Below, piece after piece: positions 1 to 12,707 of a stretch of 64,000 nucleotides of DNA. The notes beneath the pieces are model-generated. The model had not been told where the DNA came from and did not search any database. It was given only the letters and a program-made list of their open reading frames with translations. Position 1 is the first letter of the stretch, and every line of letters begins with the position of its first letter. This DNA is from Octopus vulgaris (Eukaryota), in the NCBI GenBank assembly GCA_951406725.2, contig OX597817.1, forward strand, positions 82,584,001 through 82,648,000, written 5' to 3'. A program made the position numbers and the translations under genes.

Positions 1-1426
1 ATCTCATAGAGACAAGAAACAACAGCATTTTGTGAAACATGACTGCATTCCCACTAACATTCCAATGACTTTTAAATCTCCACATATTTTCCATGACTAT
101 CTTTCATGGGGAATGGCATGAAGTAAAAGTTCCATATTCTCATATGATTCATAAAGATAAATGGAGTGTGCAATAGGAATGAAAGGCTTCAAATTACCAT
201 CATGGAGAAGTACAGCTTTTAAACTTCGTTTTGAAGAGTCAATAAACAAGTGCCACTCTGCAGCATCATGAATTTGTGATAAACATACGAAAAGCCCATC
301 GATGTTACTGCAAAAGCAAAGCAGGCCTTCAACAGACAAACACGTTTGTAGAATCACATTTCTCTGCCAAAAATAAGTTATACACACACTGTGCTCTAGC
401 AGATACTTTTCCTTCAGTCTTGATGCCAACAGTTCTGCTTTATCTTTTGAGAGGGATAGGTCTCTGACAAGGTCATTCAGTTCAGCTTGGAAAAATTTCT
501 GAGGTTCACAGCTATCATCATCAGCCACGTAATCTTCCTCAGCAGCACTATCGTGACAGTCAGCATCATCATCTTATGTTTCAATACCATCATCTGGTTG
601 AAAATTGGCAGACTTCCATTGTGAGGCACAGGTGTCATTGCAGAATCCAAATTGGGATACACAATTTTGTGTTTTTTCTTTACAGAAAATACTGTGACAT
701 TTACCTCACAAAAATAACAGTCATTAAAATGGTCTTTCGGCTCCCTCCATAGCACTGGAATGGCAAAAGGCATGGACATTTCTTATTGAAACAGTCATGT
801 AAGCCATTTGAACAAGCTGAACAGATAAAATGTGGTGCTCATAGCTTGTCCTGATCTCCAAGAGGACACTCAAAGTATAGCTTATAAATCTTCTTAATCT
901 CTGCTGTTATTGTACGTTTTTGAGCTTTCACAAAAAATTGTCCACAGACATAACAAAACACATCGGGATGATTTCTACACTGTCTTGACATTGTTGATAC
1001 ATTAAAACAAGTAAAGAAATAGATACAAAACGGTTATACTTATATTGAATTTGAGATGATGAAATATTTCATCAAACCATGAAAGAGGTATTTCAACAAC
1101 TCAAATTTGAATTGTTGAAATACCTATTTCATCAGACAAAACTTCATTGGTTAATTTAAGATGATGAAACATTGCATCAGAACTATGCAACAATAAATAA
1201 TGTAGTTTATTTTAAAGGTATGTTTCCATGATATAAATAAACTACATGCATACACATCATTAACTGGAATTTCTATATAATGCATGAGGTAGAACCAAAA
1301 AGCTTTCTCATCTTGAAAAGTGTACGTGATGTAAAAAAAATCCAATTGTATATTTGAAATCAGCATTAAAAACTACACGAAGTACACCTTGACATATGCT
1401 TTATAAAAAATAATTGTTAACCAGTA
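1..1426 (-). mobile_element. Chapaev3-type (CMC) DNA transposon relic, runs off the window start
   Basis: ATG at 991 gives MSRQCRNHPDVFCYVCG, then WREPKDHFNDCYFC, ELNDLVRDLSLSKDKAELLASRL, WHLFIDSSKRSLKAVLLH, with frameshifts. Terminus TTGTTAACCAGTA at 1414-1426 resembles the TIR of the neighbouring copy and is followed by TTA. Confidence 0.7.
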
Positions 1427-1923
1427 TTATTATTACTGTTGTTGTTAATATTGGTTGTGGTGGTGGTGGTGGTAGTAGTAGTAGCAGCAAAAGACCAACT
1501 GCGGTGCTATGAAGACTGAATCTTTAGCATTTACATTCTTGACAATAATAGTTATTAACACCCCATAGACATTTTAGATGACTGCAATTAGGTAAATGCA
1601 GACATACTTTTCAAAGCAGAATATAAAGAAAAAAATTACATTTGAATGGTGCCAACTGTCTCAACCATAAAATGTAAATGTGTCTAAATTATATTCAATA
1701 TAATGAGGCAGTATATGTTGACAAACTCAGCGGTTAAGGTGACCTAACATTAGTTGAAATCCTAATTGTTCAATGTCTGTCACACAGTTTTTTTTTTTTT
1801 CAGAATTATTTAGCAACAAGACAAAATGCAGATAATGACTTCCATCTGAAGAAATGCTTTCATTACATACCTCCCCTCCCCTATCTCTTCTCATTCTGTA
1901 AATCTGTACATTGGTTTTTGCTA

Positions 1924-2660
1924 TGTCACACGTTCGGATGACCTCTACTCCACTCTTCTCCTTGACTTCTAGACTTCTCCCTCTATATCTATGTATTGGG
2001 CTAGCCTACTTCATCGTCTGGGAGCGTCCACACAACACCTCCTCCTTTTGAGTTTTTTAAACCCGAATTTATCAATTTTATTTCCTCGGTGAGAAACTGG
2101 CATATCTTTTTCTCTTAGCGTTAATTTCCATAATTTCTGTAGGTTTTCTCTTCCTGTTTGACCTACGTGTTGGTTCTGTTTTTGCTTGTGGTTCTGGGAC
2201 CTCGAACACTTGCTTGTGGTTCTGGGACCTCGAAAAAATCAAACCATAAATCCATTGGTTCTCGCTTCTCTTGGTTTTTGGTATATCTTCTTTTTTATTG
2301 GTTTAAATGCCTTCTGTGTTCATATTTTGGTCCTTTTACCATGTACATCACGTTACCCAGACGTCCAGTTATACTTCCTTGTTCCCAGTCCTGTTTTCCA
2401 TTACTATATATTTTAAAATACACTTTGTCACCTGTGTTAAAAAATTTCGTTTTTCTTCCTAAATTTTCTATTTCCAGTTTCCTGCTCGGCAACCATTTGT
2501 CAAAAATAGAACAAATTTTTCTGAAAAACATCAAATCTGTGGCTGACCTACCCGACTCTGCATTTGGATTCGGTGTTATTCTATACACCTGCAAAAACTT
2601 TGTCATATTTGTATCTTCAAAGATTTCCTGTCTGGTCTTCCTTAGGGCTCTTTTGAAGGA
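1924..2660 (-). mobile_element. Ty3/Gypsy LTR retrotransposon 3' fragment (integrase C-terminus, PPT, short LTR 1924-2037)
   Basis: ORF 2295..2606 (FLQVYRITPNP...) is paralogous to 56141..56800. Minus-strand PPT AAAAGGAGGAGG abuts a TGT...ACA-bounded 114-bp segment. Confidence 0.75.
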
Positions 2661-2916
2661 TGAAAGGCAAAGTCAGCTTTGGCAGAATTTGAACTCAGAA
2701 TGTAAAGATGTACGAAATACTATTAAGCATTTTGCCTAACTTGCTAATGATTTTGCCAGGTTGCCACCTTAATCTCCTGTAAATTAATAAATTAATTTAA
2801 TATAATTTAAAGTTTAATAGACCCTTGATTTCTGACTGTGTTGTACTGAAGAGATCCAACTAGATTGAAACAACAGCTTTGTTAAGGATTCTATGATTAG
2901 TTAAAGGGAAAGAAAA

Positions 2917-4661
2917 CACTGGGCAACAAATTTTTCTTTTTTTGTCTGGTGCCTGGAATATTTCAATGAATTCTTAAGTGATATTGCCTGCTAAAGTAAA
3001 AAATAACTTCAGTTTTTCTCTATCAGGTCTCATTTTCTGGCTAAACCTGACAGAATAAGTATTTTATTCATACAAGAGGTATATAACATGAATCAATAAA
3101 GAGAGCATAACACAAAACAAGACAAAGCACAAATACGAATTCAAAATTGAAAATGCATACTGGCAAAGATTTTTGGCAGAAAATTCAAGGAATAAATTTA
3201 CACTTCTTTGTGCAATGTGAATGTTGAGCAACAGGAGTATCTCGTTTTAAACACCAGCAATAGTCTGCCATCATCACAGTGTCCCAATGTCCTTGGTCCA
3301 AAGTTTCCATCTCCTTGATGTCCTGATGGAACTGTTCACCTTCTTCATTGCTAACACCTCCAAGATTTTCAGAAAAATGATCAAGATGATTAAAAATATA
3401 AAGCATTTTGATGCTCATATTTGTGCCAATATCAACAAAAATTCATATCAAGTTTGTAACAAGGTGTTTATAGTTTTCACTTTTGTGTTTCTCAAGGAAA
3501 TTTTGCACTACTTCTGCAAAGGCTAGCCAAGCTGATGATTCATTTTCGCTCATCGTTTTCATGAAATTTCTGTCCTTCAAGAGCTTACGGATCTGTGGTC
3601 CATCAAAAATCCCTGATTTAATTTTTTCAATGATCAAGTCTGGAAATACACTGCAGATATATTTGAAGCACTCCCCATTTAAGTCAAGAGATTTGACAAA
3701 TTGCTTGATCAATCCAAGTTTGATGTGCAAAGCAGGGGAAATGATCAACTAAAGGTTCTTCCAGTATATTGGCAGCTCTGTATGGAATCATATTTGTTTG
3801 AAGTGTCCAGTCTTTCTTAACATAGTGGTTTACTTGGTCTCTACAGTCCCACATGCCAAGAAAGCATGGGTATTTAGTATAACCAGATTGCTGACCCATG
3901 AGAAAATTCACCATCTTAAAGTCAATGCAGATTACCCATTTATAATCATGACACAGTATCTTCTCTAAAACCAACTTAATTTCTTTGTATTTTTCCTTCA
4001 GGGTTGTTGAGTGGCTGAGTGGGACAGAGCCATGCAACAATACACATTTTAAACTACATTTAGAGCTATGAAAAGATGCCATTCCTCTGGTTTGAATTCC
4101 TCAACACCAAGTTTATTAAGAAGCCCACTAACATCTCTACAGTAAACCACCTCTTCCTCTTTTGTGAAGAAAGAAAGGAACTCTTCATGCTGACTCTGAT
4201 AAAAGGTTATACGGACAACATTTTCTAGAAGATTCTTCTCTTTCAGTTGGGAAGGCAAAAGTTCTGCAGAATTTTTGGGGAGGTTCAAGTTATGAACTAG
4301 ATCATTCAACTCTATCTGGGAGAGTAGCTGGGGTTAAATCTCAACTGGAAAGTCTTGATCTCAAGTGTCATCTTCAGGTAATAAATCTTCTTTAGTTGAG
4401 GGTGAAGCAATCTGAGGCAAGACATTGAAAACAAGAACAGGAAGCTCTTCACTATGTGGAACCAGTCTAATAGCAGAGGCAAGTTGAGGACAGACAAGTG
4501 TTTGTCGATTTTTCTGGTTAATACCCTTCAAATTCAGGTTACAAAAATAGCAGTCCTCCATGTGATTATACAGCTCAATAACTTAAAAACTAGATCTGAT
4601 GGCTCAAAAAGGTTATATTTGGATTCAGGAGACTGAACACCAAAAACCTTGTAGACCAGTG
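2917..4661 (-). mobile_element. Chapaev3-type DNA transposon, both ends present, degraded and internally deleted
   Basis: TIRs CACTGGGCAACAA (2917) and TTGTAGACCAGTG (ends 4661), 11/13 match. Transposase pieces DCYFC, MNDLVHNLNL, ICIDFKMVNFL, YPCFL, PALHIKLG, IFDGPQIR, SNEEGEQFHQD, MMADYCW across several frames. Confidence 0.75.
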
Positions 4662-5068
4662 TAATTTAATGCAAATAAATGCATAAAAATAATATTCTTT
4701 ATTTCTTTCACTTCATTGACAAAGAAAAAAAAGGGAAAATAATAATATAGATGCTGGGCAAGATGATGCTCTCATTTGCAATAATGTACATTATTATCCT
4801 CATTTAATCATCATCATTTAATATCATTTACATGGGTCAGACACAATTTGCTGAGGTAGATTTTCTAAGGCTGGATGCCCTTCCTGTTGCCAGCCTGCAC
4901 TTGTTTCTAAGTAAGTGAATATATCTCCTTGGTCAGACATGTTCCACATGGAAGATTGGAAATGAACACCACATGTATGACAGGGATACTCATTTACAAT
5001 CATCATATGATGTCAAGACAAAAAGACAAAGGGATACACAAACATACACACACACAATAAGGATGATT

Positions 5069-5128
5069 GATATATATATATATATATTTATTTATTTATA
5101 TATATTTATTTATTTATATATATATATA

Positions 5129-5159
<31 letters not shown>

Positions 5160-5322
5160 TTATATATTTATTTATTTATATATATATATATTTATTTATT
5201 TATATATATATATATTTATTTATTTATTTATATATATATATATTTATATTTATTTATTTATTTATATATATATATATTTATTTATTTATATATATATATA
5301 TTTATTTATTTATATATATATA
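5069..5322. repeat. (TA)n/(TATT)n microsatellite
   Basis: Directly visible. Confidence 0.95.
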
Positions 5323-5888
5323 CAACACAAGATCATCTCCTCCAATCCCCCTCTCCTCTCAATGGTTCTTGTCCAGCAAAGTTACTTGGTGACTGTCAGT
5401 GCTGGTGCTACTTGAATAGCATCCAGTCCACATTGTAAAGTGGTTGGTATTTGCAAGGGCATCCAATAGTAAAAACCATGCCAAAACGGACCTCACCTGT
5501 GCTGGTGCTATGTAAACAGTACACACCCCACTCTGCAGAGTAGTTGGTGTTAGGAAGGGCTTCCAGCCGTTAAAACCATGCCAAAACAGACACAGAAGTA
5601 TTGTACAGACTTCTGTCTGGCCAGCTCCTGTCAAATCATCCAACCCACGCCAGCATGGAAGGAGGACATTAAATGATGAAAATGATGATGACAACAGACT
5701 TCGTTCAGTTTATGTCAACCAGGTCCACTTACAAGGCTTTGGTCAGCCTAGGGTTATACTAGAAGACACTTGTCTCTGGCGTTATACAGCGGGGAATGAA
5801 ACTTGATACCATGTGGCAGGGAAGCAACCAATTCAACTACACTGCCACACCTTCACCTTCAAAATGAAAGAGAAAAATTAAATCTTAC

Positions 5889-6122
5889 CTCAGTGAATAA
5901 CTGCTCATACGAGAAGTTATCTTGGCATTGCAGTTCTTTACTAGCAGCTTCAATAAATTCTGACACAATTTCAGGAGGACTCACACTGAAGAAATTAGTT
6001 AAGACATATTGAAATTCACTCCTGGTAAGTGTATCATTTTCCAATGCTTCATAGGAGTTTCGTAGATAAGTGAGTAATGCTGATATGACTAATAGCTCAG
6101 AATGGTAAATGCCTTCATCGGT
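5889..6122 (-). CDS. TSNAXIP1: TSNAXIP1-like exon, 234 nt, EF-hand-like region (TDEGIY...YEQLFTE)
   Basis: TTTTTGCCAG acceptor, GTAAGA donor, phase 0/0; inside ORF 5859..6224. Confidence 0.85.
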
Positions 6123-7670
6123 CTGGCAAAAACGAAAGAGAGAAAAATTTCCACAACATTGGTGGAATGAGGCAGATGAAAATAGCAATAATATTAGTTT
6201 CAAATTTTGGTACTCAGCTAGCAATTATGGGGGAAGGGTATAAGTTAATATGACTAATAGCTCAGAATGGTAAATGCCTTCATTGGTCTGGCAAAAATGA
6301 AAGAGAGAAAAATTCAATATTAAATCCCAACATTGGTGGAATGGGGCAGATGAAAATAACGATAATAATGCTTTCAAATTTTGGTACTAGGCTAGCAATT
6401 TTTTTTGGGGGGGGGGGGGGGTTATAAGTCAATTACATTGACCTCAGTACCCAACTGGTACTTATTTTATTGACCCGCGAAAGGGATGAAAGATGAAGTC
6501 AACCTCAGCAGAATCTGAACTTAGAATGCAAAGACGGACAAAATGCTGCTAAGCATTTGGATTGGTGTGCGAATGATTCTGCCAGATTGCAATATTTTAC
6601 TGTTTGTTTCTGTCATTCAACTGTAACTAAGGTAGGGCACTGTCTTGAAGGGATTTCCCTCCTTACCTCAAAGGAGGCACAAGCAGTTTCTCAAACACAT
6701 ATACGCATGATGGTATTTCTGCCGACCAAATTTAGTTGGAAAAATTGACCTCAATTCTTATTTTAAGTCTTGCACTTACTCTATTTTATGTTTTTTTTTA
6801 AACTTTACAAAATCACTAAGTTACAGGGAAGGCCTTGAATAGGTTTAGCTGAAGAAATTAATCCTAATTCTCATTTCAAGTCAGGTACTTATTCTACTAG
6901 TCTTTTACACCCTTTACTAAACCATTAAGGATGTAAACAAATCAAAACTTGTTGTCAAGTGGAAATGGGTACAAACCCAAATATTCATACACACGCATAT
7001 ACATTTATATGATGTCTTTCTGTGGTGTGTATCCTTCCCTCTTTATCTGTGTGTGTGTGTGTGTGTGAATATAGTCCAAGGATGCAAGTGTAAGATGTCT
7101 GTAAGCTTCAAAGAATAGGCAGCTAATATAGAGAACAAAAAGTAGACTGTATATGATAAGATAAAACAATAATTTTTTTAGCTTCATAAATTACACACTT
7201 TTCTCCATATTAAAGTTACAAATAATTTTGATAAGCTGATAGTTTCTATACAACTCACATTGAGCAAATAATTCTGTTAAAAATGTGAATAAAATCTCAA
7301 ATTTAAAGGATTGGAACAAGTAAAATGTAAGCTACATATGTTTCTTAAATAACTGAAGAACATTATGCAAGTAGTATGTAATGAACTCTCCTCAGCGCAG
7401 CTAGTCATCAGACTGAAATTATCTCAATGAAGTTTACACTGCCTCAAGGAATTCTCAGGTTAGCCACCACATAGTAGTAAGACCAAATGCATAGAAAAAT
7501 CAATAACAAAAGAAAAAGCAAAGTAAGTAACATTAAATGACCAATGTTGGTCATTCTTGAGCATGGGTTAAAGGAAAAATATAATTTGAGTACTGGGGTT
7601 GATGTAATTGATTAACGCCCTCTCCCCAAAATTCCAGGCTTTATAGTAGAAAGTATTATTATTGTCATCG

Positions 7671-7708
<38 letters not shown>

Positions 7709-7713
7709 ATGAA

Positions 7714-7749
<36 letters not shown>

Positions 7750-8473
7750 GAATATTATTATTATTATTAGGTTGTCCCAAAAGTTTGTAAACACTTGCGA
7801 AAATTGTATTTTTACTCGCCAAGTACTAACAAAAACAACAAAAATTATTCCTCAAAATAAAGACCATTATTTTCCAAGAATTTCTACAAACTTTTGGGAC
7901 AACCTTATATTATTATTATTATTATTATTGAGTGAGAGAGCAGTGCATGCCATCAAAGTGACACTGGGGCAAAATATATGAAGCCCAGTATACCCATCAT
8001 AACTACCCGTCTGATAAGGGTACACCAAGCACATGCATCACAACTATATGTGCGTGACATATATCAAGATAAACAGCACTTGACCTTGCAGGTGAGATCC
8101 AGTTAGAATTTTCTTCAGGTCGAGTAGACCATCCTGCTCAAAAGGTCCCTGAATAAGGATTGTTTAAGGATGCTGAACAAACCACCCATGTTTCCAAAGG
8201 GAAATTATCCAAATCTCTAAGAATTCCTTTCAACACACGGCTATGATGGTCCCCCACTACTTCTGCTCATGATCAGATTTGCACATATCATCAGCAACTA
8301 AGGGACATGCTCAACTGGTTAAGGTCAAACAACTGACAAGCAAATCTGTGGTATTGAGCAGAATATTTGCTGTAGCTCATCTTTTATACCAAGACAAAAC
8401 AATGTAAATGATAACACTTCCAATCAGTTAAGATCAGACGCCATGAGAGCCACTGTCTGGTACTGCATCAGGG

Positions 8474-8507
<34 letters not shown>

Positions 8508-9210
8508 GTTATTGTCATCATCATTTTTATTATTAAGTAATACTATAATGCATTCCAGTCAATGTTCTAACAATTCCAACAGTTGACTGCTCTAGAATAG
8601 GACTGAATTTCATTGACAACAAAAGGATGAAAGGCAAATATGATTTTGGCAAAAACTGAACACAGAATGTAAAAAGCCAGAATAAATAGTGCAAGTTATG
8701 TGATCCAACAGTCTAATGCTTCTGCCAATATTGATATCTAGCTTTGGCACAAGATTGCAGATATGGAGGTGGACGATGAGTTTAAATCGAATAATTGTAT
8801 AATGTGTATTTGTTTTGTAAGATTCTTGATGTACAAGTGTATGCTTAAATATTAGTAGGCAAACTCATATACACTCGCACAAAACACACATGCTAAAAAA
8901 CATAGACACACACACACACACACACACACACAGATAGATGCTGACACAAATGCATGCACAGACAAGGATATACACCACAGAAAGACAAAATGGACAAAGG
9001 AAGACAAGAGGAGACACCTGAGATAAGGAGTTGCTGAAGAGATCACAAGATGTGTGATGAAAAATCTTTGACTAAGAAACAAAATAATAATAATAATAAT
9101 AATAATAAAGCTGAAGTAAAAACCAAACATATAGTGTGTGCGTTTAACTGACAAAATATAACCATCACTACGTATAACAATAATTGTATGATAATAATAA
9201 CAATAATAAC

Positions 9211-9241
<31 letters not shown>

Positions 9242-12200
9242 TTAATAATAATGAGAGAGGGATGGTTTACTTGACCAGAAGAAAATTCCAACTGGGCCCC
9301 ACTTACAAGGTCATGTGCTGTTTATCTTGATATAAGATCACCATGTCGTGCACATATGGTTGTGATGCATGTGCCTAGTGTACCCTTATCAGACGGGTAG
9401 TCATGATGGGTATATTGGGCATCATATATTTTACCCCAGTGTCACTTTGATGGCATGCACTGCTCTCTCACTCAATAATAATAATAATAGACGACAGCAA
9501 CTGTGCAGATGATTAGCAAAGATATTGGCATGGAATTTGGGATCGAGAAATGTGGTGTAATGATTCTCAAAAGGGGGAAAATCAGTAAAAGCCAGGGAAT
9601 CAAGCTGGAAAGTGGTGAAACTATGAAGGAAGTTGGAGAGGAAGGATATAAGTACCTGGGTTTCATTGAAAGAGATAAGATGAATGAACACAAGATGAAA
9701 GAAATGTATAGGAAAGAGTATTTGTGGAGAACTCAGCTTGTGCTCCAACTGAAGCTAAGTGGCTGCTATAAGATTAGAGTAATTAACACATGGGATGTTG
9801 CTTTGATGAGATATGGGGCAGGAACAGTATCTTGGAAGAAGTGTGAATTACAAGAGATAGAACGGAGAACACGTAAATTAATGACAATGAACAAGGAACT
9901 ACAACCCAAGAGTGATGTGTCAAGACTGTATGTAAAGAGGAAAGAAGGAGGATGGGTATTGGCATGTTGTGAACGTTGTGTAAGGGAAGACGAGAATAGC
10001 CTGGCTTGGTATGTCAAGGTGAGTAAAGAAGAAATGATTGAAGCAGTGAAATTGCAGGAAACCTTAAAAGTGAACAAAGCCATAGATCCAACATAATTTA
10101 AGGAAGACCAGAGACAGCAGGATGAAGAAAATTTGGCAGGACAAGAAAATGCACAGTCAGATCTTGAAGAATAAAGATGAGATTGATTGGAAAAGAAAGA
10201 ACCTGACAATAGCTACAGAAAGGAGACTTAAATGGGCTCACTGAGGCATTAGTGTGCATCACTCAATAACAAGCTCTCAGAACAAACTACTCCAAATATC
10301 ACATTGATAAAAGCACTGACCTGCCACAGAGTAGGATGTGCTCTGAGAAAAGAGAAAGTATAAGCTATATCGTTAGTGAGTGCTGTAAGCTCGCATCATG
10401 TGAATACAGAAGAAGACCTGACAATGCGGCCAAATATGTCAACTGGCTGTTGTATGGTAAAGCAAACCTTGAGAGAGCCAACCAATGGTATGAACACAAA
10501 CCAGTGGAGTAATGCAAAAGGCATTACAAAATATTCAGTGGTTTTAACATGCAGTGCGACTCGTGGTCATAGAGGCGAGTTTCGATTTCCAGACTGGGCG
10601 TTGTGCAGTGTTTATTGAGATGAAAACAGAAATAAAGATCCATAGATATTGCAATACGGCAGGTGATTTGATTTGAAAGGTAAGGAAACTGAAAAGATTG
10701 AGAAATACCAGCCACTGTCGGACGAGATAGGAAAGTAATGGGGCATGAGGAAAGTAATGGTGATACTGGTGATAACTGGAGCATTAGGAGCAGTTTCCAA
10801 GAGCTTTGAAAAGCATAATAAGAATATTGGAATATTAGAGGTGATCCAGAAGACAGCATTGTTGTGTACAGCTTACATTCTAAGGAGAATATTGTCTCTT
10901 TGAGTCACAGGAGAAGGCACTACTTGAAAGCTTTGGTGATTTGTTATTGCCTACTTTCAAGTAAAGAATAATTGGTAATTAAGGACTATCCGAGAGTCTT
11001 TCAGAATAACAACAACAATAATAATAATAAAATAAATAATAATGATTTCAAATTTTGCCACAAGGGCAGCAATTTTGGGGGAGGGGATGAGATGATTATA
11101 TTGACTCCCCACCCCTGGTGTTCAACTGGTATTTATTTTATCGACTCCAAAAAGATGACAGACAAAGTTGACCACGGCGGAATTTGAACTCAGAATGCAG
11201 TGACAGGTGAAATGCCACTAAGCATTGTGTCCAGCATGCTAACGATTCTGCCAGTTCACCACCTTAATAATAACAATGATGATAACAACAACAACAACAA
11301 CAACAATTCATTCCTACAGCTGAGTGAACAGGAGCAATGTGAAATAAAGTATCTTGCTCAAGAATGCAACACACAGCCTGGACTGGGAATTGAACTCACA
11401 ACCTCATGATTGTGAGCCCAGTGGTCTAACTACTGAGCCATGTGCCTTCATAGAAGGAGGCTAGTTGATTATATTGATTCCAGTGTTCGACTCAGAAAAG
11501 ATGAAAAGCAAAGTCAACCTTGATAGAATTTGAACTTAGAACATAATGTCAAACGAAATGCCACTAAGCATTTTGCCCAGTGTGCTAATGATTCTGCCAG
11601 CCCACCACCTTTTGATGTATTAAATATCACCAGTATAATGTTGTGGAGCAGGTACATAGCACAAAAAAAACAAAAAACAAGGATGATGATAATGACGATA
11701 ATTAAGATGAGAGAGGAAGAAGAAGAATACAACAGCAAAACCTAATTCATTCAGAAAAAAGGAAAAAAAAGAATAAAAACATAACAAAACATAAGGGACT
11801 AATAAGATTAAACAGAAGGAAATATAATTTAGAATTAGGAATTACATGAGTTATTATCAAAGGTTAATGATAAGGTTCTATCAATACCAAGACATAAAGT
11901 AGTTTTTCTGGGGTTTTTTTCTCTTTTTTTTTTTTTTACAATTCATTTTATTTATCATTTTATTTTCCAAAATTAATGCGGAAAATTTTAAATAGAAAAT
12001 ATATAAAAAATAAAACTTTAATGAAACAAACCTCATTGTTCAGCATTTCCCAAAACAGTTTGAGATTTTCGTTCCATTGAGCCATATATGAACAACTATC
12101 ATATAAATTATAGGCCCATTCAATGCGCATTGCTTCTATTGGGTAATTTTGGCAGAGAAAGAAATGCACAAACTTGGATAAGCTCTGTGTTTCCTAGGAA

Positions 12201-12395
12201 ATAAAAGAAAGAGTTAAAGAAAAACACCCAAAGAGGATTCAGATATTATGCATAAATCTTAAATAGTTTTTATACTTTGTTGAAAGAGATTTATGATATA
12301 TTCAAATGTGTGTGAATGCATGTTTGGTATTCATGTGTGCTTCTATATAGTAGTGCATGTATGTGTCAGTACGTCAGTGTGAGTGGGTGAGTACA

Positions 12396-12429
<34 letters not shown>

Positions 12430-12581
12430 TGACAGATAGATAGACAAATAAATAGGTAGACAGATAAATAGAGTGATTACATATACATATAGATATATGT
12501 ATGCATTCATGTATAAATATGTGTGTAGATCATCATCATCATTAAATGTTTGTGTTCCATGCTAGCATGGGTGGGACAGAT

Positions 12582-12652
<71 letters not shown>

Positions 12653-12656
12653 TATA

Positions 12657-12707
<51 letters not shown>

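Noticed and set aside
2840-2885. Hammerhead-like CTGAAGA-GATC...GATT-GAAAC
   Set aside because: Core and stem II are present but I cannot build stem I or helix III; at best a decayed relic.
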